From: a virus | Virus record (IMG/VR): IMGVR_UViG_3300012954_004455 | Coordinates: 1-64,000 of that record | Strand: one strand, 5' to 3' | Length of the DNA stretch: 64,000 nucleotides | In this document: piece by piece, positions 39,997 through 49,911 of the stretch | Layout: each line of letters starts with the position of its first letter | Position numbering within the stretch: the first letter of the stretch is position 1 | Translations under genes and position numbers: made by a program | The notes under the pieces: generated by a model | The model's input: only the letters and a program-made list of their open reading frames with translations | Told to the model about the DNA's origin: nothing | Databases searched by the model: none

Positions 39997-40996
39997 GTAT
40001 GTATATGATGCGACGGCAAAGGATACCCCAGAGGATCAGAGGTTTTCTATTTGCCGATACGTTCCTGAGATCGATCGGGATTTGAAGTGGGGAAAGATAT
40101 ATCCTCATATAGAGACTGCTGAGTGGGAATATCTTGTGCCGAATTTGGGAGAGGAGCTCCTGGAGGGGCTTGAGGGGGAGGTAGAAAATGAGCCTCAAGA
40201 AGGATATCTGGAGGTGAGGGAGAAGCTGAAGGGGCATGTATTGGCGGCATTGGCGAACTTTACAGCTCTGGTGTATAGTCGGAGCGCATCTGTGAAGCTG
40301 GGAGCGATGGGAACTGTGGTGAACAACTCTGCGGATGGTACGGTGATGCAGGCGGGGAAGTGGATGAAGATCGATAGTAGAAAGTCTTTCTTTATGAGGG
40401 GGATGAGTGCGATGGACAGAGCTCTAGGAGTACTAGCGAAGGGGGCAAGTTTTTTTCCTGAATGGAAGGATGGGGGAAAGAGAGTGATTCCTACTCCTAC
40501 GGTACTGGCGGAGCATATGTCTATACTGAAGGGACGACATGTGGTTTTTCATATGATGAAGCCATGGATGAAGGATGCGGAGAAACGCCTGGTATCTGTG
40601 ATGGGAAAGCTCACACTCTTACGAATGATTGAGGGGGCTACAGAGCAGGCAAGGGAGCTGAGAGAGATGTCGAGAGAGGTCGTAAGTAAGGCTCTTTATA
40701 TAGTGGCGGTGCCTTTCTTAATGGTTCGGGTGACGCAAGAGGGGGTAGTAGAGATGGACTATACTGAGGATGGAGAGCCGCAGAAACAGCTCCGATCTGA
40801 TATGGTGGATAAGCTAGCACAGAAGGCAGAAAATGCGATAACAATCAAGCTGAAGGAAATAGAGAGCTATCTTAATGCTAATGCGGATAGCTTTCCTGAA
40901 TATAAGGAGAGTGGGCTATACACTCCTGTGGGGGAAGGTGATCCTTTCCATAAAAAATTTAACTACGAAAACGGACGGAATGTAATTTTAATGTGA
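39986..40996 (+). CDS. DUF6712-like protein (putative head-tail adaptor)
   Basis: PHIETAEWEYLVPNLGEEL, FFPEWK and YLNANADSFPEY motifs; follows portal. Confidence 0.55.
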   Translation: MLLKYVYDATAKDTPEDQRFSICRYVPEIDRDLKWGKIYPHIETAEWEYLVPNLGEELLEGLEGEVENEPQEGYLEVREKLKGHVLAALANFTALVYSRSASVKLGAMGTVVNNSADGTVMQAGKWMKIDSRKSFFMRGMSAMDRALGVLAKGASFFPEWKDGGKRVIPTPTVLAEHMSILKGRHVVFHMMKPWMKDAEKRLVSVMGKLTLLRMIEGATEQARELREMSREVVSKALYIVAVPFLMVRVTQEGVVEMDYTEDGEPQKQLRSDMVDKLAQKAENAITIKLKEIESYLNANADSFPEYKESGLYTPVGEGDPFHKKFNYENGRNVILM

Positions 40997-40997
40997 T

Positions 40998-41507
40998 ATG
41001 AGAAGAAGTTTATCTGGAATTATACTTGTGGTAGCGGCGGTGCTGCTGACTGTGGTGACAATTTTCCAGGGGGTTTACATAGGTCAAATTATTGACCAAC
41101 AAGAACACCTAACGAAAAGATTTAGAATCAGCGAGGAAGAGTGCCTCGTAGGGGAATGGGAGGTGGAACAACTGTCTCCCAAAGGCTCCAGACGAATAAA
41201 GGAGATTGATTTTGGGCTATTGGGGTTAGTGAGGATTATAGAGATGAAGCAGGGATATTCTACAAGTAGTATCTACTACGCAGATAGAGCAGGTGGGCGA
41301 TTCTTACTGGAGAACATCTGCGAAGGATATACACATGAGTTTAAAATAGATGAGCGAGATGCTGAATGCCAGGAGATGAAGGGGAGGCTTATTTTGCAGC
41401 CTTTCGATGAAAGGGAGCAGAAGGTAATCAAGCTAAAGCTAAGTAGACCAAGTAGGATTAATTTGACTCATTTACAGGCAGAATCTACAGCAGCTGAGGA
41501 AATGTAA
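40998..41507 (+). CDS. Membrane-anchored hypothetical protein
   Basis: N-terminal hydrophobic helix. Confidence 0.6.
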   Translation: MRRSLSGIILVVAAVLLTVVTIFQGVYIGQIIDQQEHLTKRFRISEEECLVGEWEVEQLSPKGSRRIKEIDFGLLGLVRIIEMKQGYSTSSIYYADRAGGRFLLENICEGYTHEFKIDERDAECQEMKGRLILQPFDEREQKVIKLKLSRPSRINLTHLQAESTAAEEM

Positions 41508-41566
41508 ACAACAAGTAGATAGACATAAGTCGAAAGTCTCGGAAAACCATGATTGTTTTAAGATGT

Positions 41567-41596
41567 GCCGTGAAAGTATCCCTTTCACGGCTTTTT
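41567..41596 (+). terminator. Intrinsic terminator
   Basis: GCCGTGAAAG-TATCC-CTTTCACGGC-TTTTT. Confidence 0.75.
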
Positions 41597-41613
41597 CTGT
41601 TTTGATGGCTTGG

Positions 41614-42129
41614 TTACCGCTGAGCGGCTTGTACTAGCTTGAGCTGCTTCTGGAGCTTTGGGGCTCGGGCGGAAGGTACTTTACTTTCGCAGTAGCCATC
41701 ATTCGTGTATAGTCTGATTTTTACCAATTTTCGGGTCATGAGCTGTGTGTATTGGACTGGGGAAAGGACAAAGGAGAGCTGGACACCGTACATTTCTGAG
41801 CCTGACAGCCCTTTCGCTCCGCAACCTCTACAGGATACTTCGCTGCTTATGGGATTGAGGGTAATAACTTCTCCATTATCTAGCTTGAGCATGAGGTCAT
41901 GGTCTTCTCTTACAGTGCAGATCCCTGTTTGGCACTTGATTTCTAAGAAGCGAGTGTCATCAATTTGGGAGACGCGGGAGAAGAAGTTATACTTTAGTAT
42001 GGCTATCATATCCCAGGACGTTTCGATGACGGTTTTTCCTGTGAACTCATCTGTCTCGTTCGTTTTGATTTTCTGGCTAGAGGCTAGAAGAGGGATGAGA
42101 AGAAGGATTGTTAGTAGTAATCGTTTCAT
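41614..42129 (-). CDS. Secreted hypothetical protein (moron-like)
   Basis: Signal peptide MKRLLLTILLLIPLLASSQ followed by DEFTG; opposite strand to the late genes. Confidence 0.7.
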   Translation of the reverse strand: MKRLLLTILLLIPLLASSQKIKTNETDEFTGKTVIETSWDMIAILKYNFFSRVSQIDDTRFLEIKCQTGICTVREDHDLMLKLDNGEVITLNPISSEVSCRGCGAKGLSGSEMYGVQLSFVLSPVQYTQLMTRKLVKIRLYTNDGYCESKVPSARAPKLQKQLKLVQAAQR

Positions 42130-42250
42130 TTTTAATGTGTTTAATATTCTGGTGTAATATAACAAAATTTTTTAGGGCTGGTCAAGTGGCTTGTTTTATA
42201 TACATGACAAAAATATTTTCTGGTGTAAAGTAAAAAATAGACAAAAAACA

Positions 42251-42573
42251 CTGAGCGGAAGCGGAAATATGAAAACCCCTCTATATCTATTTGAAAAAAC
42301 CACTATTTTACAAATAGAGGGTCTTAAGATGTTGATAGTCATAGAGTTAGGCCATTTGCTTTTTTTTTCAAAACCACTATTTTTTACAAATAAATGGAGG
42401 CAAAAAACAAATTTGCTTTTTGATTTGTGTTTTTTTGTAAAAAATAGTGGTTTCTAGAAAAAAAACAAATGGGTTAAAGCACTACTAATCAAACTGTTAT
42501 ATGCCTCTATTTGTAAAATAGTGGTTTTTTCAAATAGAGGTACCTATACATATGTATTTTTATTTCCGCTCAG
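42251..42573. repeat. Nested inverted repeat with four AAACCACTATTTT(TT)ACAAA iterons; candidate replication origin
   Basis: Perfect 35-bp IR 42286-42320/42504-42538; perfect 20-bp IR 42371-42390/42434-42453; 10-bp IR 42251-42260/42564-42573. Confidence 0.8.
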
Positions 42574-42692
42574 AACGGTTTTGTGAGATGGGGTTTTGGT
42601 GGTGTAGATGGGTGGGGAAATAAGGTAGATGTAAGCCTTTATACGATAAGGGGTGATATTATTTGGGTGTAATTTTGTATCATTGGGGTAAT

Positions 42693-43412
42693 ATGAAGAG
42701 GATCGAAATACCTGTGACGGCCTACGTCTCAGCGTATTTGAGACGCAGGTATTGCTCAAGCGGGGTTTTTGATGTGAGGGGGGGAAGGGATGACTTGAGC
42801 ATGGCTTTAATGGGGATCAGTGATCTCCTTATGTTGAACCCAGAATCCGAATCTTCGACCTCTCCTACCCTATCTACTGTTGTTTTGATTGTTGATGACC
42901 GACTGGCCAATGTAGCCGATATGTATCGCGAGTTTTTGCGGTATGGGGCTTTTTTTCAGTATCAGTTTTACAAGGATTTGGTGGATTATGTAAGCTCGCA
43001 AAGAGATTTGGCGAGGGAGCAACATCTATCAAGAAAAGAATGGAATGAGAGAAAAGCTGTGCAAGCTTTTAAAAAAAAGTATAACTTGCCTATTAGTGAA
43101 GAGACACTAGTGAGGCAATATACGCGAAAAGTGGGCTGGAAACGAAGTTTTGCTTTTAAGGAGGTGAAGGGAAGGTTTGGTTTTAATGAAGGTGATGGGC
43201 AGGTGAGGGGGAAGGCTGCAAGGCTCGTTAATGGTTTGGAGATTTATATACGTTTTTGTGCTTACTCGCGGGCAAAGGGACGGGTTGTGGAAAGGAAGTG
43301 GCGAGTGCCTTCTTTCTTGTGTAACCAACCAGGGGATGATTGGTTGGTGTGGGCAGAGGCTCGGATCGATGTGCTAAACAAATTTTTAATAAAAGGTTTT
43401 TCAATAAAATGA
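42693..43412 (+). CDS. Hypothetical protein, possible transcriptional regulator
   Basis: MKRIEIPVTAYVSAYL N-terminus and AVQAFKKKYNLPISEETLVRQYTR helix pattern. Confidence 0.55.
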   Translation: MKRIEIPVTAYVSAYLRRRYCSSGVFDVRGGRDDLSMALMGISDLLMLNPESESSTSPTLSTVVLIVDDRLANVADMYREFLRYGAFFQYQFYKDLVDYVSSQRDLAREQHLSRKEWNERKAVQAFKKKYNLPISEETLVRQYTRKVGWKRSFAFKEVKGRFGFNEGDGQVRGKAARLVNGLEIYIRFCAYSRAKGRVVERKWRVPSFLCNQPGDDWLVWAEARIDVLNKFLIKGFSIK

Positions 43413-43518
43413 AAAAAATACTACTGTGGATTCTCCCTTTATTCTATAAAGGTGCAGAGCTGGAGCACTGGAAAAAGGTGCTTCAATAAGATATGTAAAC
43501 CCACCCCCCTAGGGGGAA

Positions 43519-43548
43519 CCTTGACCCCTTAGGGGGTCGAGGCTTTTT
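43519..43548 (+). terminator. Intrinsic terminator
   Basis: CCTTGACCCC-TTAG-GGGGTCGAGG-CTTTTT. Confidence 0.6.
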
Positions 43549-43679
43549 GGTGAATTTTCTCGGTTTTTTGGGGAAATTCAGGGAATTTCTGTATGAATTA
43601 GCTTATACATTTCGTATATTTACATTAACGATAATTCCTTCTTCTCTCTCCCCCCTACCCTCTTTTAAAGTGGGTTTAC

Positions 43680-45029
43680 ATGGTTAAGTTTTTAATGATT
43701 TCGTGGCTATATGCCACAGGAAAATTCAAGTCTCATTATTTTTTACAGACATTTTTCTGGGTTTTTGTGGCCTGTACGGTCAGCCTTCTTATCATGTCGG
43801 TATATCTAGCACATCTTTCATATCCATTTTGGTTTACAAATATGGGAGGTGAGGTAAATGTGGATAGAGCGCATGCTTTGGCGGTGCTTATGACTTGTAC
43901 GATTAGTATTGGTATTGGGGTGATTTTCTTTCAGGTGGTGAATGTACTCGTGGTGATCAGGAATATGGGTGTGGTTGGGGTATTATTTACGGTTTCTTTG
44001 GTGGTATTATTGTTTTGTTTCTTGTCTGTAGAGATTCTGGCGAATCGGAATGGCGCGTCGGATATGGCGCGAGAGATGACTTTATTTCCGAGTGATAGTA
44101 GCGAGGTGGTGGCAGGGCGATACGATAAGAAAATAGAGGTGTTGGAATGCAAGATTCAAAGAGTGTATTCACGATATAGATGGTGTGGGGTGCATAAGGT
44201 CAATCATTTTAATGCTTCGGAGTGTGCGGTGGAGCCTTGCCCTCATGCTACCTTCTATTTTGCGAGTACTAAATACATATCGAAGAACCAGTTTCTTAAA
44301 GATGAGGTTGAGGTTCAGAACCTGAAAAGGAGAATTGAGAGCACACAAGAGGTTCAGACGAAACTTGTGGGTTCTGTGTCTGATGCCTTTAAGAAAGCGG
44401 ATGATCTGGCAGATTATAAATACTCTACGAGAGAGGCAACACATCGGAATATTGGGACTTATATATACTTGGTGTTCTTTCCGTTTTTGTTCATTGTAAA
44501 TGCTTTTTACTCTTATGAGTTTGAGAAGGTTTTTGGGTATGATAAACGTGTGAATGGTGGCTCTGGACGCAGCTCCTCCCCTACTCCTGTGGCTGAGGAT
44601 TGGGAAGATGCGGACGAGGATGAGGGGGGACATGGTAGTGGTAGTGAGCCTGTGTTTAGGGGGGGAGATGCAAGCGAGAGTGATGAAAATGAGGAGATGG
44701 AACTGCCTAAGACCTTATTTGCGGATGAAAATGAGGAATTGTATCCAGCTGAAAATCTAGTGAAAAATCCAGAAAATCTGGAAAATTCAACTAGTGCGGA
44801 TGAGAGAGGAGCGGCGAAAAAAGCTCGGAAAAAGAGGGGGAAATATAAGACCAAAACGCAGGAGAAGATAGTGAAGGCAGTCGCAGAGATGAGAGAGGAA
44901 GGGTTTAGTGATGAGGGGCTGAGCATGGCGAAGTTATCAACGAGAATTGCGGCAAGGGCTGGGGTGGATGCTTCGACGGTGAGGCGAACGTATCTAGACA
45001 TCTACGGCTCTCCATTTAGTGAGGGGTGA
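43680..45029 (+). CDS. Multi-pass membrane protein with acidic linker and C-terminal HTH-like segment
   Basis: Three N-terminal and one central hydrophobic helices; C-terminal IAARAGVDASTVRR. Confidence 0.7.
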   Translation: MVKFLMISWLYATGKFKSHYFLQTFFWVFVACTVSLLIMSVYLAHLSYPFWFTNMGGEVNVDRAHALAVLMTCTISIGIGVIFFQVVNVLVVIRNMGVVGVLFTVSLVVLLFCFLSVEILANRNGASDMAREMTLFPSDSSEVVAGRYDKKIEVLECKIQRVYSRYRWCGVHKVNHFNASECAVEPCPHATFYFASTKYISKNQFLKDEVEVQNLKRRIESTQEVQTKLVGSVSDAFKKADDLADYKYSTREATHRNIGTYIYLVFFPFLFIVNAFYSYEFEKVFGYDKRVNGGSGRSSSPTPVAEDWEDADEDEGGHGSGSEPVFRGGDASESDENEEMELPKTLFADENEELYPAENLVKNPENLENSTSADERGAAKKARKKRGKYKTKTQEKIVKAVAEMREEGFSDEGLSMAKLSTRIAARAGVDASTVRRTYLDIYGSPFSEG

Positions 45030-45062
45030 AAAAAGGCAGAGCTTGGAGGCTCTGCTTTTTTT
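45030..45062. terminator. Intrinsic terminator
   Basis: AAAAAGGCAGAGC-TTGGAG-GCTCTGCTTTTTTT. Confidence 0.8.
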
Positions 45063-45083
45063 ATGTGTGGGTGTGAGAGTGTG

Positions 45084-45119
45084 TGTCCGTGTGAGGGGGA
45101 AGGGGAGTGGGTATATTTG
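45084..45119 (+). promoter_or_regulatory. Putative phage late promoter TGTCC...TATATTTG
   Basis: 40 nt before GTG 45124; perfect -7 box. Confidence 0.6.
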
Positions 45120-45123
45120 ATAT

Positions 45124-45780
45124 GTGAATTTGATTCCGACATATCAGGCTCTGCCACCAATGATTCATCCTGGGTATGATACCTGGCATCATGGGGGGGT
45201 ACGTAATACGCTGCTTCTACGGAAAGAGCGTGTTTTGAATGTACCTGATAGCAGTGCGATAGAGGCGAGTGAAATACTACTGGATGGGGTGGGCTTCTGT
45301 TCACTTTATACGGCAGAGGATAAGGGACGGCTATCGATTGGGGTCAAGAATGGGGTTTATACGGCTAAGCTAGCTGTGTTTTCTCCTACACTGAGGGTAG
45401 AACAAGAGGGATTGGGACGGTTATCGGGAGGGCATTTTGTGGCTATTGTCCAGATGTGGACAGGGCGCATGTACCTACTCGGATGGCCAAACCCACTGGT
45501 TATTCTGAATATGATGATGGATCATGGGGGGGAAAGAAAGCATTGGCCTGGGGTCTCTTTTGAGATGCGGTCGGATAATTTTACTTACCCAATAGAGGTC
45601 GTTAATCCTGAGGTGGTGGTACCGCCTACAGGGGGTGGAGTAGGAGGTAGTGGAACAACGCCACAGCCTCAAATGAGAACGGCTGAGGGGGATGTATATA
45701 TTTCTGTGGCTAAGGATAATGATTATGAGAAACGGATAACTGCCTTGGAGCGTGCAGTAACGGGGCAATATATATCTTAA
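45124..45780 (+). CDS. Putative virion structural protein
   Basis: Late-promoter motif upstream; C-terminal YEKRITALE coiled coil. Confidence 0.55.
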   Translation: MNLIPTYQALPPMIHPGYDTWHHGGVRNTLLLRKERVLNVPDSSAIEASEILLDGVGFCSLYTAEDKGRLSIGVKNGVYTAKLAVFSPTLRVEQEGLGRLSGGHFVAIVQMWTGRMYLLGWPNPLVILNMMMDHGGERKHWPGVSFEMRSDNFTYPIEVVNPEVVVPPTGGGVGGSGTTPQPQMRTAEGDVYISVAKDNDYEKRITALERAVTGQYIS

Positions 45781-45795
45781 TAATAATAAGGATCT

Positions 45796-46845
45796 ATGGC
45801 AATTAACGTGAAAGGTATGCAGTTAATAACCAAAAGCTCGGCTCAATGGGCTTTGGATAATACTGTATATGCGGCGAGAATGATTCTGGTAGCTCAAGAT
45901 GGAGACCAAGTAGCAGCTGTCAAGTGGACGGCAAGTGGTAGTACCTTCGCTGATGCACCGAATCTTTATGATATTCCAGAGCTTACTGCAGATTTCAATG
46001 AAGCAGCTCCTGGGAAGGCGGCTAGTGCGGCACTTACTAGCCAACTGAAAACTGAGGTAGACGGCAAGGTCGCTTCTAGTAATGTGCTGAAACTGGATGG
46101 GACTACGAGTGGGTTTACTCCGACGCTGGACAATCATCCTGTTACACTGGGGTACTTGAACTCTTTGCAGTTTGGTAAGGATCGGTACCAAGGGGACTTT
46201 GATGCGAGTGGGGGACAGTATCCTGCAACTTCATATGATTCTCAAGGGAATGCACGCGCGATTCAGAAGGGTGATTTCTGGAGTATTTCTGTGGGGGGAA
46301 CGCTTCCTGATGGAACTGTTGTTTCTAGTGGAGACCAAATCAGAGCAAAAGTGAATGGTGCTGATTCTGATGGGGAGTTCTATGTTCTTGAATCTGGAGA
46401 CCAGGCAACAGAGATTATCCGTGGAGAGGTGAAGCTGGCGAATACTGCTGATGCTGAAGGTGCGGTGAATGACTCGAAGGCTATGACTTCTTTGAAGACT
46501 AGCCAGCAGATTACTGCACGAATCTCTGACCAATCGAGTGCTGAGGCTGGAACGGATGGGAACGCGCTGATGACTCCTTTGCGGACGCGCCAAAGTTTCC
46601 TATCAATGGTTAGCAACGACATACAGGAAACGAGCACGAGCAAGGTACCGAGTATGGCATTATATGGCCAACTGGCTGTACCAGTGGGAGACCATGCTAC
46701 GAAGTGGAATGTGATGGAGACTCAGACGCTACCTAACATCAACCAAGAGATTCAAGATTTGAATACTATGTATACAGACCTTGAGGCACGAGTGGCGAAG
46801 AACGAGAAGGCTCTAAGCGGTGACGCTTCTATAGCTGCAGCATAG
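45796..46845 (+). CDS. Putative tail or head fibre protein
   Basis: SSAQWALDNTV N-terminus, YQGDFDAS...KGDFW module, ATEIIRGEVKLA fibre repeat, coiled-coil C-terminus. Confidence 0.6.
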   Translation: MAINVKGMQLITKSSAQWALDNTVYAARMILVAQDGDQVAAVKWTASGSTFADAPNLYDIPELTADFNEAAPGKAASAALTSQLKTEVDGKVASSNVLKLDGTTSGFTPTLDNHPVTLGYLNSLQFGKDRYQGDFDASGGQYPATSYDSQGNARAIQKGDFWSISVGGTLPDGTVVSSGDQIRAKVNGADSDGEFYVLESGDQATEIIRGEVKLANTADAEGAVNDSKAMTSLKTSQQITARISDQSSAEAGTDGNALMTPLRTRQSFLSMVSNDIQETSTSKVPSMALYGQLAVPVGDHATKWNVMETQTLPNINQEIQDLNTMYTDLEARVAKNEKALSGDASIAAA

Positions 46846-46880
46846 TCTAGGTTTGAGTTGTATGTGAAATTGTGAAATTA

Positions 46881-46910
46881 AGGGCATCCTCTTAGGGGGA
46901 TGCCTTTTTT
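46881..46910. terminator. Intrinsic terminator between convergent genes
   Basis: AGGGCATCCTC-TTAG-GGGGATGCCTTTTTT. Confidence 0.75.
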
Positions 46911-47274
46911 AGTGTGCGATTATTATTATGTCTCCTTCGTAAGACCAGGTGTCTTTTAGGTAGGCGGCGGCTTGGTTGATGTGCTCTTGTAGGTCATTGG
47001 GGCGAATGACTTGGTGATAGATGCCTATGGCTATGGTGGAAAGGGTGTTTTCTGAATGGAGTGGGAACCAACCTTTGGAGCCTGACTTTTTGCGTGCTGG
47101 TGATGAGCCGAAGATTTCATCTAAGTGTTTTGGGGAGATGGATAGGAGGGTGTCGGGGTCGGACTTTTTGAAGAAGGCTTGGTGTGTCTGAACGAGTGAG
47201 CCTGTTTCTTTTGGGATATGGACTTCGAGTGTGGTATGGGCGAGGATCTCGCTTGCTAGTGTACCTATGATCAT
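46909..47274 (-). CDS. Hypothetical protein (moron-like)
   Basis: 121-aa ORF on the opposite strand, ending at a terminator. Confidence 0.55.
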   Translation of the reverse strand: MIIGTLASEILAHTTLEVHIPKETGSLVQTHQAFFKKSDPDTLLSISPKHLDEIFGSSPARKKSGSKGWFPLHSENTLSTIAIGIYHQVIRPNDLQEHINQAAAYLKDTWSYEGDIIIIAH

Positions 47275-47323
47275 GATGTTTTTTTTGTAAAGGTAGGGAG
47301 AGGGAAGATGTGGGGGCAAGGGG

Positions 47324-47358
47324 TGTCCTATGATGGTGGTGGGGTGGGGAGGATATTG
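47324..47358 (+). promoter_or_regulatory. Putative phage late promoter TGTCC-N27-TTG
   Basis: 40 nt before ATG 47364. Confidence 0.6.
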
Positions 47359-47363
47359 CGTGT

Positions 47364-48194
47364 ATGACAGATTTCCTGAATATAGACTTCTCTGGGGCGT
47401 GGGAGATTAGCCCTCAAGCTGCAGCCAATTTGGTGAGACGTTTTACGGTTATGATGAAACGGCCTGGGCTAGTTGTAGAGCGGCGGAGACGGTATGTGTA
47501 TTGGCATGAGGTCGGTATTATGGAGGATGGTAAGAAGGTAGGGACAGCTGCGGTGCTACCTGTGAATGGGGAGCTGTTTATGTATGACCAGTACTGTGGT
47601 AATGTGGGGATGAAGACGCTGGGGTATGTGATAGATGAGCTAGCGGAAAATAGTGGGGTGGATATGATAGTGCTGGAGATTGATTCTCCTGGTGGGGAAG
47701 CGCGGGGAAGTAGAATGCTAGGGGAAAGTATAGCTAGGGCTGCGGAGAAGAAGCCTGTGATGGTATGGTGTACAAATATGCTGGCTAGTGCGGCGTATAA
47801 GATCTCGGTGGGGGCTACGGCTATTTATGTGGCTCATGCGCAATGTATGGTAGGGAGTATAGGCACACGTATTTCGTATTTTGATTTTAGTGACCACTGG
47901 AAGAAGGAGGGGATTGATTTTGTGGACATTGTGTCTGCGAAATCACCAATGAAGAACCGCCCCAATTTTATGAAACCTACGGAGGATGATAGGGGGGAGA
48001 TACGAGATAAGTTTTTGGAACCTCTGACGGAGGCTTTTCATGAGTTTGTGCTGGCGCACCGAGATGTAAATGAAAAGGCAATGAATGGAGACCTCTTCTA
48101 TGCAGATGAGGCGATAGAATATGGACTTATAGATGGTGTAAAATCATCATTGGGTGAAGTAATAATTGACGCATGGCAAAAGAAACAAAACTAA
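47364..48194 (+). CDS. S49 (SppA-like) peptidase, prohead protease
   Basis: IDSPGG, ASAAY and VGSIG motifs; DEAIEYGLID. Confidence 0.88.
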   Translation: MTDFLNIDFSGAWEISPQAAANLVRRFTVMMKRPGLVVERRRRYVYWHEVGIMEDGKKVGTAAVLPVNGELFMYDQYCGNVGMKTLGYVIDELAENSGVDMIVLEIDSPGGEARGSRMLGESIARAAEKKPVMVWCTNMLASAAYKISVGATAIYVAHAQCMVGSIGTRISYFDFSDHWKKEGIDFVDIVSAKSPMKNRPNFMKPTEDDRGEIRDKFLEPLTEAFHEFVLAHRDVNEKAMNGDLFYADEAIEYGLIDGVKSSLGEVIIDAWQKKQN

Positions 48195-48568
48195 CCTTAG
48201 GGCAACGAATCAAACGCGCCTGGAATGGGGGAGTGGATAAGCCTGGAACAGAGGAAGGGGTGAATCCAGAGCCTGAGAATAAGGGGGCTGGAGATTTTTC
48301 TGTGGTTCTGGCGGAGAAGGAGGGTGAGATTGGGAGCCTGAAGGAGAAGCTATCGGAGGTAACAGCCGAAAGAGATGCTCTGGAAAAAGAGCTATCGGAG
48401 AAGACAAAGGAGATTGAGGAAGCAACTGAGCTGATTATAGAACTGGGTAATCGTAAGAAACCAGGAATCAAGGCAGTTGAGAATACGGGGGCAGATTTAC
48501 CTGCTCGGAAAAAAGGACGAGTGCATCGATTCACTGCAAAAGCAAGAAAGGAGTTAGGACGTGGCTAG
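48173..48568 (+). CDS. Putative scaffolding protein
   Basis: Coiled coil between protease and capsid genes. Confidence 0.5.
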   Translation: MAKETKLTLGQRIKRAWNGGVDKPGTEEGVNPEPENKGAGDFSVVLAEKEGEIGSLKEKLSEVTAERDALEKELSEKTKEIEEATELIIELGNRKKPGIKAVENTGADLPARKKGRVHRFTAKARKELGRG

Positions 48569-49505
48569 AGGTAATAATGGATTTAATAAGGAGGATGTAG
48601 CTACTCTGCAAGAATTCTGGACAGAGTTTGTGGATGATTTCAAGGAAGAGATATCTCCAGAACCAGTGAAGACTGGTATGGTGACTCGATTCACTAAGGA
48701 TGTGGATGAACTGCCTACGGTGACTGTATCTGGGCAAGCACAGAGTTTCCAAGTGGGTTTTCATGGTACAGCCGCTCTCAGTGTCAAGACGCGCGCACTG
48801 AAGCGGACGCCTGTGAAGCTGGACTTGCTGCTTAAGTCTGTGGATTTGAGCTATGAGAGTTATCTGGGATACCTGAAGCGAAAAAGCAACAAAGCCTCAC
48901 GGTCGATAGAGTGGGAGGAATGGGCGATTAATAAGATTGCGAAGACGTTGAAGACTTCTTATGTGATCGTGATGTGGAGAGGGCGAAAGCTGGAAACGCT
49001 TGAAAATGCGCCTAATGGAGCTGCTGATACTGCGGATGGCTTTACGAAGGTTATCAGAGAGGAGGTGATGAAGGGGGCGATTCCTGTTATTATGCACGAG
49101 CCTCTTGATGAGACGAATGCGTATAAGGTGATCAATAACCTATTCAAGGCTGTAGCGGATACACCAGAGAAGCGGCAAGAGGCGTTTGTGGGGTATTGTG
49201 GGCTTGACCTACTCGACCTTTACCAAGCAAGCTATGTGGCACTTCGGGGAGGAACTACGCATGCGAAGGAGCATGTGGGGCTTGACCGAATAGAGGGGAT
49301 GCCTAATTCTTATTTGGCTCCTGTGAATGGAATCGATGGGCATGGTATCTTCATTACTCTGGAAGGGAATCTATTCTGTGCGGAGAATGAGGAGCCAGAG
49401 TTGAACCTATTATATATGTTCTATGCGTTGTATGTGTCATGGTTTTATGGGTGGGGTTTTCAGATCGCCACTACGTTGCACTCAGCGGTAAATCAACATT
49501 TCTAA
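48561..49505 (+). CDS. Putative major capsid protein
   Basis: 314 aa after protease and scaffold; MWRG...DTADGF motif; GWGFQ C-terminus. Confidence 0.65.
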   Translation: MARGNNGFNKEDVATLQEFWTEFVDDFKEEISPEPVKTGMVTRFTKDVDELPTVTVSGQAQSFQVGFHGTAALSVKTRALKRTPVKLDLLLKSVDLSYESYLGYLKRKSNKASRSIEWEEWAINKIAKTLKTSYVIVMWRGRKLETLENAPNGAADTADGFTKVIREEVMKGAIPVIMHEPLDETNAYKVINNLFKAVADTPEKRQEAFVGYCGLDLLDLYQASYVALRGGTTHAKEHVGLDRIEGMPNSYLAPVNGIDGHGIFITLEGNLFCAENEEPELNLLYMFYALYVSWFYGWGFQIATTLHSAVNQHF

Positions 49506-49518
49506 GGAGGATATAGGT

Positions 49519-49908
49519 ATGGCATTTGAATTCAGAAATAAAACAGTGGAAGTCAGAGGGACTCCTACGGTGTTTAAGCTTGTGGGGACTAAGCTTAAGC
49601 CTGTGGACACGATAGACGCGGCAGCTCTGGAGGATTATTTTCCAGAGGAGGATGAGATTGATGATTTTGTGCAGGATGAACGGGTGGATTATGCTCGGGA
49701 TAGTGACGGAAATGTGCTATCTACGGACGGGCAAATTTGGGCTGATAAGTGGGACAAGGTGAAGGGAATCAAACTAGGTTATCAGACACGGAAGGTGTTT
49801 GGGGCGTTATTGGAGATTGTGCCTAGTAGTGATCCAAACACAAATGATCCTAATGATCCTGGAACGGGTGGTAATACGGGTACTGGAACTGATAATACGG
49901 GGGGCTGA
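49519..49908 (+). CDS. Hypothetical structural protein
   Basis: Follows capsid; Gly/Thr/Asn-rich tail. Confidence 0.6.
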   Translation: MAFEFRNKTVEVRGTPTVFKLVGTKLKPVDTIDAAALEDYFPEEDEIDDFVQDERVDYARDSDGNVLSTDGQIWADKWDKVKGIKLGYQTRKVFGALLEIVPSSDPNTNDPNDPGTGGNTGTGTDNTGG

Positions 49909-49911
49909 TAA

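Noticed and set aside
42191-42457. 88-aa ORF
   Set aside because: TTG start and low-complexity translation of the palindromic iteron region.
43409-43489. 26-aa coupled peptide MKKILLWILPLFYKGAELEHWKKVLQ
   Set aside because: The ATGA overlap is suggestive, but it is too short to support without conservation data.
45796-46845. Diversity-generating retroelement target
   Set aside because: No reverse transcriptase and no TR/VR repeat pair seen in the window.
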